Assembly: GCF_964204645.1 (NCBI RefSeq)
Contig: NC_134027.1
Span: forward strand, 20,298,560 to 20,362,559
Direction of reading: 5' to 3'
Length of the DNA stretch: 64,000 nt
Origin: Tubulanus polymorphus
Lineage: Eukaryota; Animalia; Nemertea
The notes below the pieces were generated by a model that was not told the DNA's origin, made no database searches, and saw nothing but the letters and a program-made list of their open reading frames with translations. The position numbers and the translations under genes were made by a program. Shown here in pieces: positions 50,701 through 62,797 of the stretch; within the stretch, counting starts at the first letter, position 1; every line of letters begins with the position of its first letter.

Positions 50701-51791
50701 GACAATCCGAATTTATGCAACCTGAATCTGATCAGGATTGAACCGAGGTCATTCAGCAGCGTCGGACCGGTCTCCAAACAATCATTTAAACTAGGGTTTC
50801 CCGCGGTCGATAAAGACGCGTTATAGACGATACGGATAGGGGTTGTTGACGATTCCTTCTTGACCGCGCGATGCGGTAAATAATGACCTATGTTTCGGTC
50901 ATCATCTGTGACTTCTTCGATGAAGTCTCGCGATAATTGATCCATGATAATGTTGTGGTAAACATTTCGAATTTGCGGCGATAGCCGACGAATCATCGAT
51001 TGTGTTATGTTTCGAGTAACATAGTAATTTGTCGGAAGGGGGGCGTGTCCACTCTTCCACGGCAACTTCGCAGTATACCGTCCCGTGTCGGATGTCGTCA
51101 GGCTTGATTGACAGTAGTCGAGTAGATTGAATTCTTTTGAAGCCGCATCTGTTGCATCAGTTACGCCTATGGATTCGAGATCCCAGAATTTTTGGAGGTT
51201 GACTTCCTCCGAACGATGTGACGTAACATCCACGTTGTAAACTCGTGCAGTATTTATTGGATCGCAATCACTAAACGGTCCAGAGAGAAGATACCCTAAT
51301 TTCGAAGATACTGCCGTGGGTCCATTTCCGCGGATTGTGTGGTTACCGACCACTGACCAATAGAAATCGGCACCGATTAAAATGTCGATTTCGAAGTGTG
51401 ATTCGGTAGAAAACGGATGCGCTAATTTCAAACCTGTCAGATACGGTAAATCTTTGATAGATCTGCCGGTTTGGTTTCGCATTGTCGACGCAATTTGTGG
51501 AACAATTAACGCCGTTATCGGTATGTCGGTTTCATCAGAACATAGTGTAAAGTTCGCAACAATCAGTGACCGCGCACTTGATTGTTTCGCGCCAAATGTG
51601 TTGATCGATATAGTTTCGGTTTCTTCACTGTTTATATATAATCTTTCGGCTGTTCTTTGAGTAATAAAACTCCGCTGAGCGCCCTCGTCGAACAAGATGT
51701 TTACGTTAGTCGTTACGCCTTCGCGACTTTTTGCGTTCGCGATAGCTGTTTTTAATAACACTGTTCCATCGGCGGCGCCCAGATACTGATG
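47764..51791 (-). CDS. BEL pol (protease, RT, RNase H, integrase), with a 1-nt frameshift at ~48510
   Basis: LFDEGAQRSF, YLPHRAV, SADIEKAFLQV, YVDN, FCDAS, GLDFTG, SDN; RAP|WFGGFYERLVG is broken in a C4 run. Confidence 0.93.
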
Positions 51792-53045
51792 TCAATCCCT
51801 GTCAGCTTTCTCATCGGTTGATTTTGCGGCCACAGGTGTGGTTGATTTTGCATCTAAATGAACTGATGTGTGATGCTTTTTGCCACAGTTTGTAACTCTG
51901 CATCTGTTTTTCGATAAGCATTTCGTCGATTTGTGACCGCTCGAGAGACAATTAAAGCATAAATTATCCCTAGCAACAATTTCTCTGCGTTTTTCAGCAT
52001 CTGGAAACGTTTTACAGTCCACCGCAACGTGATTGATCTTTTTGCAGAACGCACATTTTCGATCGTTTTCCCGTGAAAAATTATGTCTGTTTTTCGCCGT
52101 AACTGCGAACGCTCCCACGGTCGGCGAATTGGCGGGAAAATCATCCTCTATCGTAAGGCTTTCGATACTAGCCTCGAAGGCCTCAATTTCTTTAAGGAGT
52201 GACTTTCTTAGATCAGTCAGGCTCCAAGCATTGTTACCGTGGTCTCTGGTAATCTGTTGTTTAGTTCCGCTCGGTAGTTTTTCCATTATGATGGGTACTA
52301 ACAGATCTCCGTACGATTCTTCGGATTTTCCGAGTGAATTTAATCCACGAATATAAGATTCCAGAGAGTCATAGAAATTCCGTAGTGAGTTGTCGCGATC
52401 ACTCGGTGGTGAAAGCTCCCACAACGCTTTCATGTATGCGGCCACAATTTTGTGTGGTGTCCCGTACCGGTTTAACAAAAGTTCCAAAGCTTGATTATAA
52501 TTTTCGTTTGTTAAACTCAGGTTTTCGATCGTTTTTGCAGCGTCGCCCTTTAGCTGTGCGGACAGATATTGGAACTTTTGGATATTCGTTAAGTTCTCAT
52601 CACTATCAACTGCCGAGAAAAATCCATCGAAGAACGTTTGCCATTTCAGAATATCGCCATCGAATGTTGGCAAAGATAACTTCGGCAACTGGATCGGTCT
52701 TTTCGCAGTTTTTTGATGCTCGGATTTCATGCGCGTTGTCGGTTCGATTTGATTCTTTTTCCGTTCGAGGTATCCGATGAAGGTTGATAGTTCGATGTTT
52801 ATTTCGTTCATATAATCATCGGTTTCACATACGAGGTCTTCGAGTTTCCCTAACTCTGCGTTCGCAATCAGTTCCGAATCATATCCTGCGATAACTTCCA
52901 ATTTTGTACGTATTCTAGTTATGACGCCAGACAATTTGTCTAGGCTTTCGTCACTTTCCGAATGAAGTAAATCCCTCGCCTGATCAAAAAGTTTCGTCAT
53001 CTGTCGAATTTGCGCATTTCGCATTATCTCTTCTTTCGACGGCAT
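51792..53045 (-). CDS. BEL gag
   Basis: LPKLSLPTFDG, KFQYL, and three Cys/His knuckles (CAFC..H..C, CFNC..H..C, C...C..HH...H). Confidence 0.93.
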   Translation of the reverse strand: MPSKEEIMRNAQIRQMTKLFDQARDLLHSESDESLDKLSGVITRIRTKLEVIAGYDSELIANAELGKLEDLVCETDDYMNEINIELSTFIGYLERKKNQIEPTTRMKSEHQKTAKRPIQLPKLSLPTFDGDILKWQTFFDGFFSAVDSDENLTNIQKFQYLSAQLKGDAAKTIENLSLTNENYNQALELLLNRYGTPHKIVAAYMKALWELSPPSDRDNSLRNFYDSLESYIRGLNSLGKSEESYGDLLVPIIMEKLPSGTKQQITRDHGNNAWSLTDLRKSLLKEIEAFEASIESLTIEDDFPANSPTVGAFAVTAKNRHNFSRENDRKCAFCKKINHVAVDCKTFPDAEKRREIVARDNLCFNCLSSGHKSTKCLSKNRCRVTNCGKKHHTSVHLDAKSTTPVAAKSTDEKADRD

Positions 53046-53077
53046 CTTGGCTGAGTTTCTGAATTTACTGCTTGTAT

Positions 53078-53095
53078 ATCCTGGTCACGGCACCA
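53078..53095 (-). promoter_or_regulatory. primer binding site, tRNA-His-like
   Basis: TGGTGCCGTGACCAGGAT, 3 nt inside the 5' LTR boundary. Confidence 0.8.
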
Positions 53096-53098
53096 AAA

Positions 53099-53315
53099 TG
53101 TGGGCTATGATTGCCACATTAAATGGTCCAGGTTTGAGTAAAATAAGCAAGACCGCCGGAGAGGTGAACAACGACCAATATGTTTGGTGTCTAAGTAAAC
53201 TCTGATTTATTTATCTACTCGCTACAGCATAAGTTCATGCGGGGCTTACATAGGCGGGGTTACATGAACTGAGGGGAGTGCGTTACTGGTAACTGACATA
53301 TAACAATTCCCGACA
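53099..53315 (-). repeat. BEL 5' LTR
   Basis: Matches 47293-47509. Confidence 0.95.
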
Positions 53316-54432
53316 TATTTATCAGATTGCACATCCTTTTTTGTAAGTGGACATCTAGATGAAGGTGGACATTGTCCGGTCACATTCTGTAAACATGTAC
53401 AAGAAAGAAAAATTAGGTTAATACATATCTGATCCAGGAAGAAAGCCACTAAATATTTGGATGGATATATGAAAGCTGTGCGTACTGGAGTGTGTAATGG
53501 GTAGTGTAGTGTGATCTGTGTGCATTTGTGGCCAGCACACAGATCACATTGTTCAATGGGGTTTGGTCCAGGACTCGCGAGATTTTCAACAACACGGAAG
53601 TAACGTGTAATAAATGATGACTTGAATTGCATGACTACCTACCACCCCTCATTATTGTTGGAAAACTAAACGTTCCGCACTGACTAAAAATTAGTAATAA
53701 CATTTTAGAAACGGCCAGAATTTTAACTTAGGTTCTATCTCATTTTTATTTCACAATTGCGATTGGTATAATTTTTTTTTAAACGGCCGTTAAGGCTTCA
53801 TGTTTCGTCTGCAATTCACTGCAAATAGTTACGCAACTACGCACATTTCAGTGTTTTTGGCAGCTGTACACTCAATCGGCACCGTTCGTGACTAGCTTCA
53901 CTGCGGAATTATCATTAATTAACATCGCCATATCGCATCATCAACTTATATTGTGCCTTAAAACCCTAACAGCCGAAATAATTGAAATGCACACTTTCTA
54001 TCATTGAAAATTGAGAGAGTGGCCATGTTTGTGTTCTGCTGCTTCGCGTAAATACCGCGCGGTGGCGCAACCGCGCGGAGTGGGGCCGATACGTCCAGTA
54101 ATGCATACACAGTAAATACATAAACAGTTGGCCATAGTCTTTCCCTGTAAATAGTATTTTGATTACTAATTATGCAATTTTGCATAAGACATAAAGAGCC
54201 ATAGGGACTTATGTGACCCACGCTGAATAAATAACACATCTGACTGGAACCATCCTCATCATCTATCACATTAAAAACGAGGCATTCGTGTGCTACTACA
54301 GATAACATCTAACAACAATATAGTGTCACTACTTACCTGGTCTATAATCTGTGGCTGGATGACTACACACATATTCGTGCACTCTTCATTTCCATGGGGG
54401 CCGCCATTTTGAATTCATTGTAAAGAAGGTTA

Positions 54433-55800
54433 TCAAATCTGCTGCCAGATGTCAACATAGTATGCCCATATGTGTCCATGTGTCCCTATGGGCTTACTGA
54501 GTGACTTTTTAAATTGTTTCGTTGTACTGAAAATTTTCAGGGGGTCAAAGTTGCTGGGACAAATATGACCCCATGGATTCTCTTGGGATATAGTGTATCC
54601 TGAATTACTTAGGAACTGTTCGGCCCAGGATTCGTCCGTATCGTCGAGCTTTGTTTCGGTCAGGACTATGATGTCATGTGACTGTATCATGATGTGAAAC
54701 TCGTAAATATATTCTTTACCCATTAGACCGCTTACTTTAACAAATAGTATAGATAGTTTTGAACATTCTGGCTCTCTGTCCTGCTATTCTGCAACAACAG
54801 ATGTAGGATTATGATCGATGGGATTTTTAACAAAGGGATTTTGCATTTATCATTTGATCGGAGTCCATGTCTAACACTAAGCGCGCACTTTGTAGGGCTT
54901 CAACCACACTTGTGGTTTCATCGGATGGTGATACTCGCGGACGCTTCGAACAGGTTTAGATGATGCAACCTGATTATGATGAGTTTGTACTTCCGTCGGT
55001 GAAACTTCTACAGTATTTCCAGCGCCAAGATTTTACGTTGCAGTTACGGCAGCCTGCTCCTTGAATTCACTACCATCGCCTATTTATGCTTTAGAGTTAA
55101 CGAACAAATCACCCTTCAAGAACTCTTTATGGCCAACTTCTATCGCAGCCTTTTTCAACGGTGGGTTTTTGCGGATTTTAAGAGCTGTTTCGCGGCTGTA
55201 ATGCTCACTTATCGAAACCTCATAATTGCGAAGTTTGTATGCTCGGCGCCTGTCGTGTTCTCTGTCCGAATAGAGAAAGAACCGTGCTATTATACACCGT
55301 GACGCGTCGTTGGCTACCCTTCTATGCAATCTATGGACCCTCTGGAACTTGATGTTTTCTTAATCAGCCACTTCAAGCTTCTCACTGATGAAGTTAAACA
55401 GTTCTCGCTTGCATTTCCTGGGATCCCATTAAAATCAGATCTTCACGGCGCTGATAATTTTCCTGGTCGTTGATGCGCTCGGCGTTTCTTTCCGCCATTT
55501 TAGCGGTTTCGCTAATAGATTTTAAGGCACGGTTCAAATTCATTCTAATTTCGTCTTGCGCGTTGCTAGTATCAACGACTTGTTTGCCTTCAAATCGCGC
55601 TCGACGTTTGAAACACGCACGGATAGCCCAGGCAGAGAACTGGATAGATTGTCTACATTTTCATTCAAAGCTGGTAGAACATTGACTTTTAAGAACTTCC
55701 ATCAGTAAAATTTCAATTTTGTGCAATTTCCGCTTTCCTTAGAGTGCTGGTTACCGAGATTGTTTGATTTTCCGGCGTTTGATTTGTTTCCGCCCTCGAT
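54433..55800 (-). mobile_element. decayed 5' part of a LINE (ORF1 and start of the endonuclease)
   Basis: DQENYQRR, FQRVHRL, CIIARF, ISEHYSRET, and HDIIVLTETKL. Confidence 0.7.
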
Positions 55801-56650
55801 AATTTGTATTTACACGAGTGAATGTGAAATTTGGACAGCTGTCAATGTCCGTAGTACAGAATTAAGTCCTGTAGTGTCAGTTACTAGGACTGCTGGAAAT
55901 CAATTGATAATAGTTTTTCATAAGGAACCGCTCCTGCTCGAATCTTTGTTGTATACGAGTCCAAATACGCAGAGCTAGCTTTGACCACTTGATTGAATTG
56001 GATTTCTGGTTTATATAGGCTTGATATGCTGAATTTCGTATTACCGCAGAATCTGCCGTAGAAACCTTCACAAATGACACAGAAAGTTTGTTAGGATCAA
56101 CACTTAAGAGACAGTTGGTGTCACCTCGGGTACTTATTTGATGGTTTTCACAGAGCTATGAAAAAACCACAGCTTTACCAGTCCGCCTTATCAAGCCCAA
56201 ACCCAAAACAAGTTTTGACGTGATTACTGTACGTACAAGGTGATATGGTATGCTGGGCGACTAGAAGACCGGTCGACTGGATGACTGGTTGACTGGATGT
56301 CTTGACGACTGGTCGACCGAGTGACTGGATGACTGGGTGACTGGCCGACTGGATCACTGGATGACATTACCATCATGCCTATCTCCACTATCTTCACAAT
56401 CACCTTGCTCGGCATCACCATTACCACTACCATCCCCATCACCTTCTCCAGCATCTCCGCCATCAACACTGTCGTCTCCACCATTTACACAATCACCTTC
56501 TGAAACATCACATAACAATTATCTATCACGACCATCACTATCATCATCTCCACCGTTTCCACCATATGCACCATCACAATCTCCACCATCTGCAACATCA
56601 CCTTCTCCAATCGGCACCACAGCCGCGCCGCCACTGCCATCAACATCACA

Positions 56651-56788
56651 GTCATCGCCCTGTAGGGTGTCGCCTGTCATCGCTTGCTATAGAAGATGGA
56701 TCCCCAATCAAGTATCTATTTTTGTTCATGGAATTTCGTTTAGTTCCATATAGCTACGCTTTTATATTTCAGCTTGCCCATTAATTCC
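56651..56788 (+). repeat. uninterrupted paralog of the sequence split by the 19242-26239 element
   Basis: Aligns by eye to 19192-19241 joined to 26246-26331 (TAGAA[G/T]ATG|GATCCCCAATCAAG). Confidence 0.85.
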
Positions 56789-57030
56789 CCGGAAATTGAA
56801 TCTACACATTACACTATTCTCACTACGTGGCGCTGCGGACAGACGGAAGAATCAGGTTGGCTTTGGTTTTCCTCGCTGTCGTTCGTGCTTGTGCGGTTGT
56901 GGTGGTTCACAGCTTGGCTTTGTGCTGTGACCATGTACTTCTGTTGAACTGTGTGTCCTCTTTTGTGCAGTCTGTCGTCCGGGGTATTCCACTGTGTGTG
57001 GAATAAGGGGTAGTCCACTGTGTGTGGTCA

Positions 57031-57392
57031 GATCCAATGTGTTTGGATAGATTTTTGAAGCCCACTGTGCGCAGGCGTCGAATGTGTTTGGACCAAATTT
57101 CTAGCGATCCAATGTGTTTGGATAGATTTTGAAAGCCCACTTTGTGCGGGCGTCCAATGTGTTTGGACCAAATTTTTAGCGATCCAATGTGTTTGGATAG
57201 ATTTTGAAAGCCCACTGTGTGCGGGCGTCGAATGTGTTTGGACCAAATTTCTAGCGATCCAATGTGTTTGGATAGATTTTGAAAGCCCACTTTGTGCGGG
57301 CGTCCAATGTGTTTGGACCAAATTTTTAGCGATCGAATGTGTTTGGAAGGATTTTGAAGCCCACTGTGTGCGGGCGTCCAATGTGTTTGGAC
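57031..57392. repeat. 75-bp minisatellite with alternating A/B variants (~4.8 copies)
   Basis: GATCCAATGTGTTTGG at 57031, 57106, 57181, 57256 and a variant at 57331. Confidence 0.92.
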
Positions 57393-59508
57393 AAACTTGC
57401 TGTAGCCACTGGGTGTGGATATGAAGCTGTGTGCGTCACAGGACTGTGCGTCTCTATGCCTGCTGGATGCGGGATGGAGGGCTTCCCCGGAGTGTGAGAG
57501 AAAAGAATGGAAGAATCGTTACGTTTATGAATAAAGAGTGATAATGAATAAATGAATTTTTAGGGCAGGGAAAACTCGAGAGGTCAGGGTTGTTGGTTCT
57601 CCATATTCTGAGTGTGTTTCGGTATATTACGTTGATCCCACTAATGTTAGATTTATCGGTCAGGGAGTTCGTCTATTATTTCGGTTTTCTGATCCGTCCT
57701 GGTAATTTTATTTAGCCCATTTTCGTTTGCGTGGAGAGTTTAGTCGCGCTCAACGCCTGATTTAGTTTGCTCCGTTCGTGTGGGACGTGTACACTTTTTA
57801 CAACAACATTTAGGAATCCATAGGCACATAGATATTCTATCATTACTGCTAAACTATATTCATTCATGGAACTTTTCTAAGCTATGAATGTCATTTTTAT
57901 GCATGTAGCTTGCATTTTGCTTGCCAAAAGTCACAGAATAAAAATATGTCTTTTTTGATGTAGCTTGCTTTCCATCCTGATCCAATGTCATTGAGTATCA
58001 TATAGTCGGACAAAATGTCAAATAGAAGACGCGTATTTTCCGCAGCCGATGTAAATCGAATTGTTGCAGCAGGCGACGAGATTCCCGGTTCTCACGAGGA
58101 ATCCGAGGAATGTGATCATGATCATAGAAATCAGATTTCACCTGTTATCTCATCGGAATCTGATTCGTCCGATAAAGGCAGTGATTCAAGACGATCCACC
58201 CGTAGATCCAGCCGTCGGAGGAGCGCGCGGTCGCGACCGGGCTCTAGGTAGAGGATGAGCAATCGACGATGTTCCAGCAAATTAGTCGGATATTTTGGAA
58301 CGAGATCCAGGGCCGACCCCTTTGTGATATCGACCACCATGTCCGAGTGGTCCGGCAAACCTGGACGGAAGGAAAAACCGGAAGTTTAGGAAGATGTGGT
58401 TGTTTTGCTTATCCTGTATTAAAATAGAATTAGTTAAATTGTAGATAAAATAATTAGTATAAGTATTTCAAATAATTTAAGAATTGATAATCAATCACAA
58501 TGTATTCCGAATCGTAGTTAATTATAATAATTAAAAAGAAACAATGAATTTGTACTGTAATTAGAAAAGAAAACAAAGTTTTGAAAAGATATTTAATTTG
58601 AGTAATCTAGATGTTGTTTAAGAACAAATTGTTTATAATCGCTAATGTTTTAGAAAAATTAATTTGTGTTAAATGTTAAAACTAGCTGTCTAAGGTTTCT
58701 GTTGTCTGTATGCGCTCGTTGGTAATTCACAGACAATAGCTGCTCTCTCAACAACGACTAGCAAGGAGTGAGTAAATCACAACGCGTCATGACAGGAGGG
58801 TTGGAAAGAAAAAGTTAGTTTAGCAAATCAGTTTTGAAAATAATTTTAGATCAGCGAATCATTAAGGCCAAATTCTATATGACCAAAACAGTCATGACAG
58901 TAAGGTTGCTGCTCCTTGCCAAAAGTCGAGTGGGAGAGTCGGTATTTTAAGAATGCCGATTCTTTCTATAAAAGGGACCCGCATCTTGAGAGAGCAGTCA
59001 ATCGGGAGAATCTGTACCTTAGTAAGACGAGTGTCGACAGCAGGACAGGAGAAGCTTCGGAACGATAGGGATTCATATACAATAGGGATTAGGAAATTCA
59101 TTCTTTGTTCAAGGTAAATAAAATATATTATCTTCAATATTATCATCCGGTATTTCAATTTATTCATTCGGATTTGTGCACGGACACGTTCTCTCGCCAG
59201 GGCCTTACTCAAGTATTTTATAGATAACGATTAAAGAGAGGATTGTGACCGGTGTATCAATAGGCTGGTACGTTTTGGACCATAATCGACATAATGTCCG
59301 GCGTTGATTTGCGTGACCAGTACAATAAGCACTACAAAACCTCGAGAAAGTCCATCAAATCGTAGAAAAAAGTGTTTTTCTGGCTTCTGGAATCGAGCGT
59401 TACTAATGCTTACATCCTCTAGAAGCTGAACAATGCTGACCAGCCTGGATCGAACCTCGCTACGATCAAAGAAATTTTACCACATAAAAAGATAAAGAAT
59501 AGTGGCCC

Positions 59509-59823
59509 TCGTTCGTTCGTTCGTTCGTTCGTTCGTTCGTTCGTTCGTTCGTTCGTTCGTTCGTTCGTTCGTTCGTTCGTTCGTTCGTTCGTTCGTTCGT
59601 TCGTTCGTTCGTTCGTTCGTTCGTTCGTTCGTTCGTTCGTTCGTTCGTTCGTTCGTTCGTTCGTTCGTTCGTTCGTTCGTTCGTTCGTTCGTTCGTTCGT
59701 TCGTTCGTTCGTTCGTTCGTTCGTTCGTTCGTTCGTTCGTTCGTTCGTTCGTTCGTTCGTTCGTTCGTTCGATCGTTCGTTCGTTCGTTCGTTCGTTCGT
59801 TCGTTCGTTCGTTCGTTCGTTCG
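59509..59823. repeat. (TTCG)n microsatellite
   Basis: Direct observation. Confidence 0.98.
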
Positions 59824-60119
59824 TACGCGCTTCCCCGTCCGGTCGGTCAGCAGTACTCTCGACCTGGTCCGGTTCAGGTTTCCCTGGGTGTCATCCACAA
59901 GTAACCACAAAAAATATATTTCTGGTTAAATAAGATACATTTTGTCGATATCAAAGACGGACGACGGGTGTCGAAGGACGTCCCTTCGATAAATACGTAT
60001 ATATGTGGATACTACAAAGTGTCTTCTTAACCGAATATGAAGTTTTCATTTTTCAAAGTCTTAACTAAGAATTGATTTAATTTCTTCATTAATTTAATGC
60101 TTTGGGCACAAATCTACAG

Positions 60120-60227
60120 GGTCCAGTTCCACAGTTCCGAGTTAAGATTTAACTCCGAGTTAACTCATCGAAAATGAACTAACTTTAACTCAGAGTTATC
60201 TCTAACTCACAACTGTGGAACTGGGTC
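60120..60227. mobile_element. PIF/Harbinger-like MITE
   Basis: CCAGTTCCACAGTT / AACTGTGGAACTGG inverted ends flanked by CAG. Related decayed GTGGAACTGG blocks occur at ~6320, 29250-29540, 34380-34620 and 36670-36830. Confidence 0.6.
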
Positions 60228-60895
60228 CAGTACAATTTCAACATGATATAAAATTGAATTAAACGTTAAGGGTTAGGGACTTTCTTTCCAGTTTCATTGA
60301 CAACATTTATCTTCTCTGTGTTCCTTAGTCATTGACAAATTGCAAGCGTTTTCGTTACACACCCTACGTCAATGAGGTTGTTTTCGAATCGGATTTCTTA
60401 CTATATGAAAAATTTAATCAAGCTGTGACAGGCGTCCTCACTTAGATTTCATCTATTACATGTTATGTACTTTGGTTTTATAATGTATCAACTTTTGATT
60501 TACAAAGTACAAAGTATACACCGAGGTGGCGCTAGCGGATGGACGAGCAATAATCAATAAGCAACTGATAAGTAGCAAATGGCATTTGGCAACTAGCAAT
60601 CGACAATCGGCATGTTCTTCCAGGAATTCCACAATGTCGTTTGCCCATGTCTCTGTTAGTTCGAAAAGAGGATTGCTCCGAAAATATTCACAATACCAAA
60701 AGTTGCGCTCGTCTCATTTTCTCCAACTTTGGTTCGAATCCTGCGCAATGAACTTTTTGATTGAAATCCTTTCAGGTCAGAAAAACCGTTATCGCTACTT
60801 TGCAGCTATATTTTGTTTATGCTTCTTTGATGGCAAACGTACCATTCATTACATAGCCCTGTCACGCATGACAAGCTATATAACCATTCGCCAAG

Positions 60896-61234
60896 TGGAT
60901 TAGTTCTATCGGTCTGCTGGTTAGCGCGCTTGCTTGAGACCCGGGTTTGATCCCCGGCGAGTGTGCGTAATTTCAGTCACTTCTCAGTGGTTACATACTT
61001 CTAAGTGGTTACATCATCGTAGGATCCGAATTATTCCTGCAATAATAGTAATGATATAAATCGCCTGAGGATAGTAGAAATTAGAGAGGGCAGTGTTACG
61101 CATATTGGACTAGCTGTATGACCGCTGGCCACGCAGAATAGTTCTATTGGTCAATCTAGCACGCTTGCTTTCTACGTACGTACGAGACCCGGGTTCGATC
61201 CCGGTGAGTGCGCGTGATTTCACTGTCACTTCTC
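60896..61234 (+). mobile_element. two tRNA-derived SINE-like copies (60896-60986 and 61136-61234)
   Basis: Shared TAGTTCTAT.GGTC...GAGACCCGGGTT(C/T)GATCCC (B-box)...TCACTTCTC. No proper cloverleaf acceptor stem. Confidence 0.65.
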
Positions 61235-61505
61235 TTAATCGTTCCAGGCCTACTTTACAACAATACGTAGAGTCACATTTTTTTCTGAAATATATCATAC
61301 AAATGTACGGTTGTCATTTGACCTCGCAATCTAACCCGCAATTAGTGACAGCAACTTAGTATCCAATTATAAGTAGACATATATTATGTAGATATCACGA
61401 ATTGTCTGTAGTGATTGATAATATACAATTATCAAATGCTAACATTTTCAGTCATTCTGTGGGGATGGTTTCAATCTAGACTGGACCGGTACAACTTCAA
61501 CAACG

Positions 61506-62797
61506 ATGAGGCCCATGTTTGTGTCAACAGCTCTGATCTTTCAGCTAATTGCGCTGAGGGTAAAGATGGTGACTGGTCACAATAAACTGATGGTTATTCT
61601 TCTCGACGGTTTACGATCGGACTACGCAGATGCAATTGGCAACCTGAAAGGATTCGATTCGCTAAAAGGACGAGGAGTACAAGCTAGATACATGAACCCG
61701 ACGTTTCCATCACTTTCATATCCGAATTACTACTCTATAATGACTGGTGCGTATTATGTCATAATTCATCACCATATTCTTTCGAAAATTGATAGAAATC
61801 TGTTTAAATCGAATCAATGGATTCAAAAGTCGCATTGATAGTCGGTCCCAAAAAGAAATTAGAAAGGGGGTTAGTCTTCTTTTGTTTGGTACAGGTTCTT
61901 GTACTGAAAATTGATTAAAATGTCTAGCGTTGGCTAGGGGAGATCCTGGCAGTATCCTTGCTTGTCCATCTTGGTGATAGAATTCTTAAATCATTTTTCT
62001 AAACATTTCTCTATTCAAATGCTTGCACATGTAGTATTGAATTGTTACAATACTACATGTCTTATGCAGAAATGAAAGAAACCAGCAAAACACGTGTGTC
62101 TTCTTGAAAAGCATAATCTTTTTTTTCAAAATCTTTAGAACATAGCTATGTTTTATCTCACTTATCTTTATCAAACAAAGACTAGTATGAAGCGTCCTGG
62201 GGACATATCTATTTAAAAAAATTTTTTCGAGGTTAATTCCGAGTTAGTAACTCGGAATAAACTAGTTATCTCAGTTAAATGCGATTATTTCAGGTTTATT
62301 CCGAGTTTGTAACTCGGAATGAATTATTATTTTTTCAGTTAAACCTCCAAAACCTCCAAAACCAGTAACCTCCAAAAATCGCATTTAACTGAGATAACTA
62401 GTTTATTCCGAGTTACAAACTCGGAATTAACCTTGAAAATCGCATTTAGCTGAGTAAACTAGTTTATTCCGAGTTACAAACTGGGAATTAACCTCCAAAA
62501 ATCACATTTAACTAAGAAAACTAGTTTATTCCGAGTTACTAACTCGGAATTAACCTCAAAAGTTTTTCTTTTTCCCCAGGACGCTTCCGTAGAGTAGATT
62601 CTATCTAGTTTATCCAAGGCCTAAGAGATAGATGTAATACTATTCCAGGGCTGCATTCGGAATCGCACGGTATGATAGGTAACACGATGTACGACCACGT
62701 ATATGGTACGATGTTCGAGGGCAGTTACAGCGATGCTCAACTGGAACCTTACTGGTGGAACGGAGGGGACCCAGTCTGGATAACTGCCACAAGACAG
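61506..62797 (+). CDS. ENPP6: ENPP6-like ectonucleotide pyrophosphatase/phosphodiesterase, exons 1-2 (61506-61746, 62649-62797); continues beyond
   Basis: Signal peptide, LLDGLRSDY, FPSLSYPNYYSIMTG (Ser nucleophile as in ENPP6), LHSESHGMIGN, WWNGGDPVWIT. The exon 2 donor is probably GC (CAG|GCAAG). Confidence 0.85.
62189..62587. mobile_element. MITE with internal palindromic tandem repeats (ENPP6 intron 1)
   Basis: TIRs GAAGCGTCCTGGGGA / TCCCCAGGACGCTTC; internal TTCCGAGTT...AACTCGGAA repeats. Confidence 0.75.

Larger units (their letters stand above)
47293..53315 (-). mobile_element. BEL/Pao LTR retrotransposon, full length (6,023 bp), recent
   Basis: 217-bp TG...CA LTRs (47293-47509 and 53099-53315) with a single mismatch seen; 5-bp TSD TATTT; PBS and PPT present; gag-PR-RT-RH-IN order. 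Confidence 0.97.

Noticed and set aside
48056-52780. Plus-strand and alternate-frame ORFs within the BEL element
   Set aside because: Antisense shadows of gag-pol with no independent features.
58015-58251. ORF resembling the acidic N-terminus of a piggyBac-type transposase
   Set aside because: No catalytic domain, TIRs or TTAA TSD could be identified; too weak to call.
59419-59933. (RTNE)n and (RSFV)n ORFs
   Set aside because: (TTCG)n microsatellite.
60896-61234. tRNA genes
   Set aside because: A B-box is present, but there is no consistent cloverleaf and the two copies share a non-tRNA tail, so they are SINE-like.
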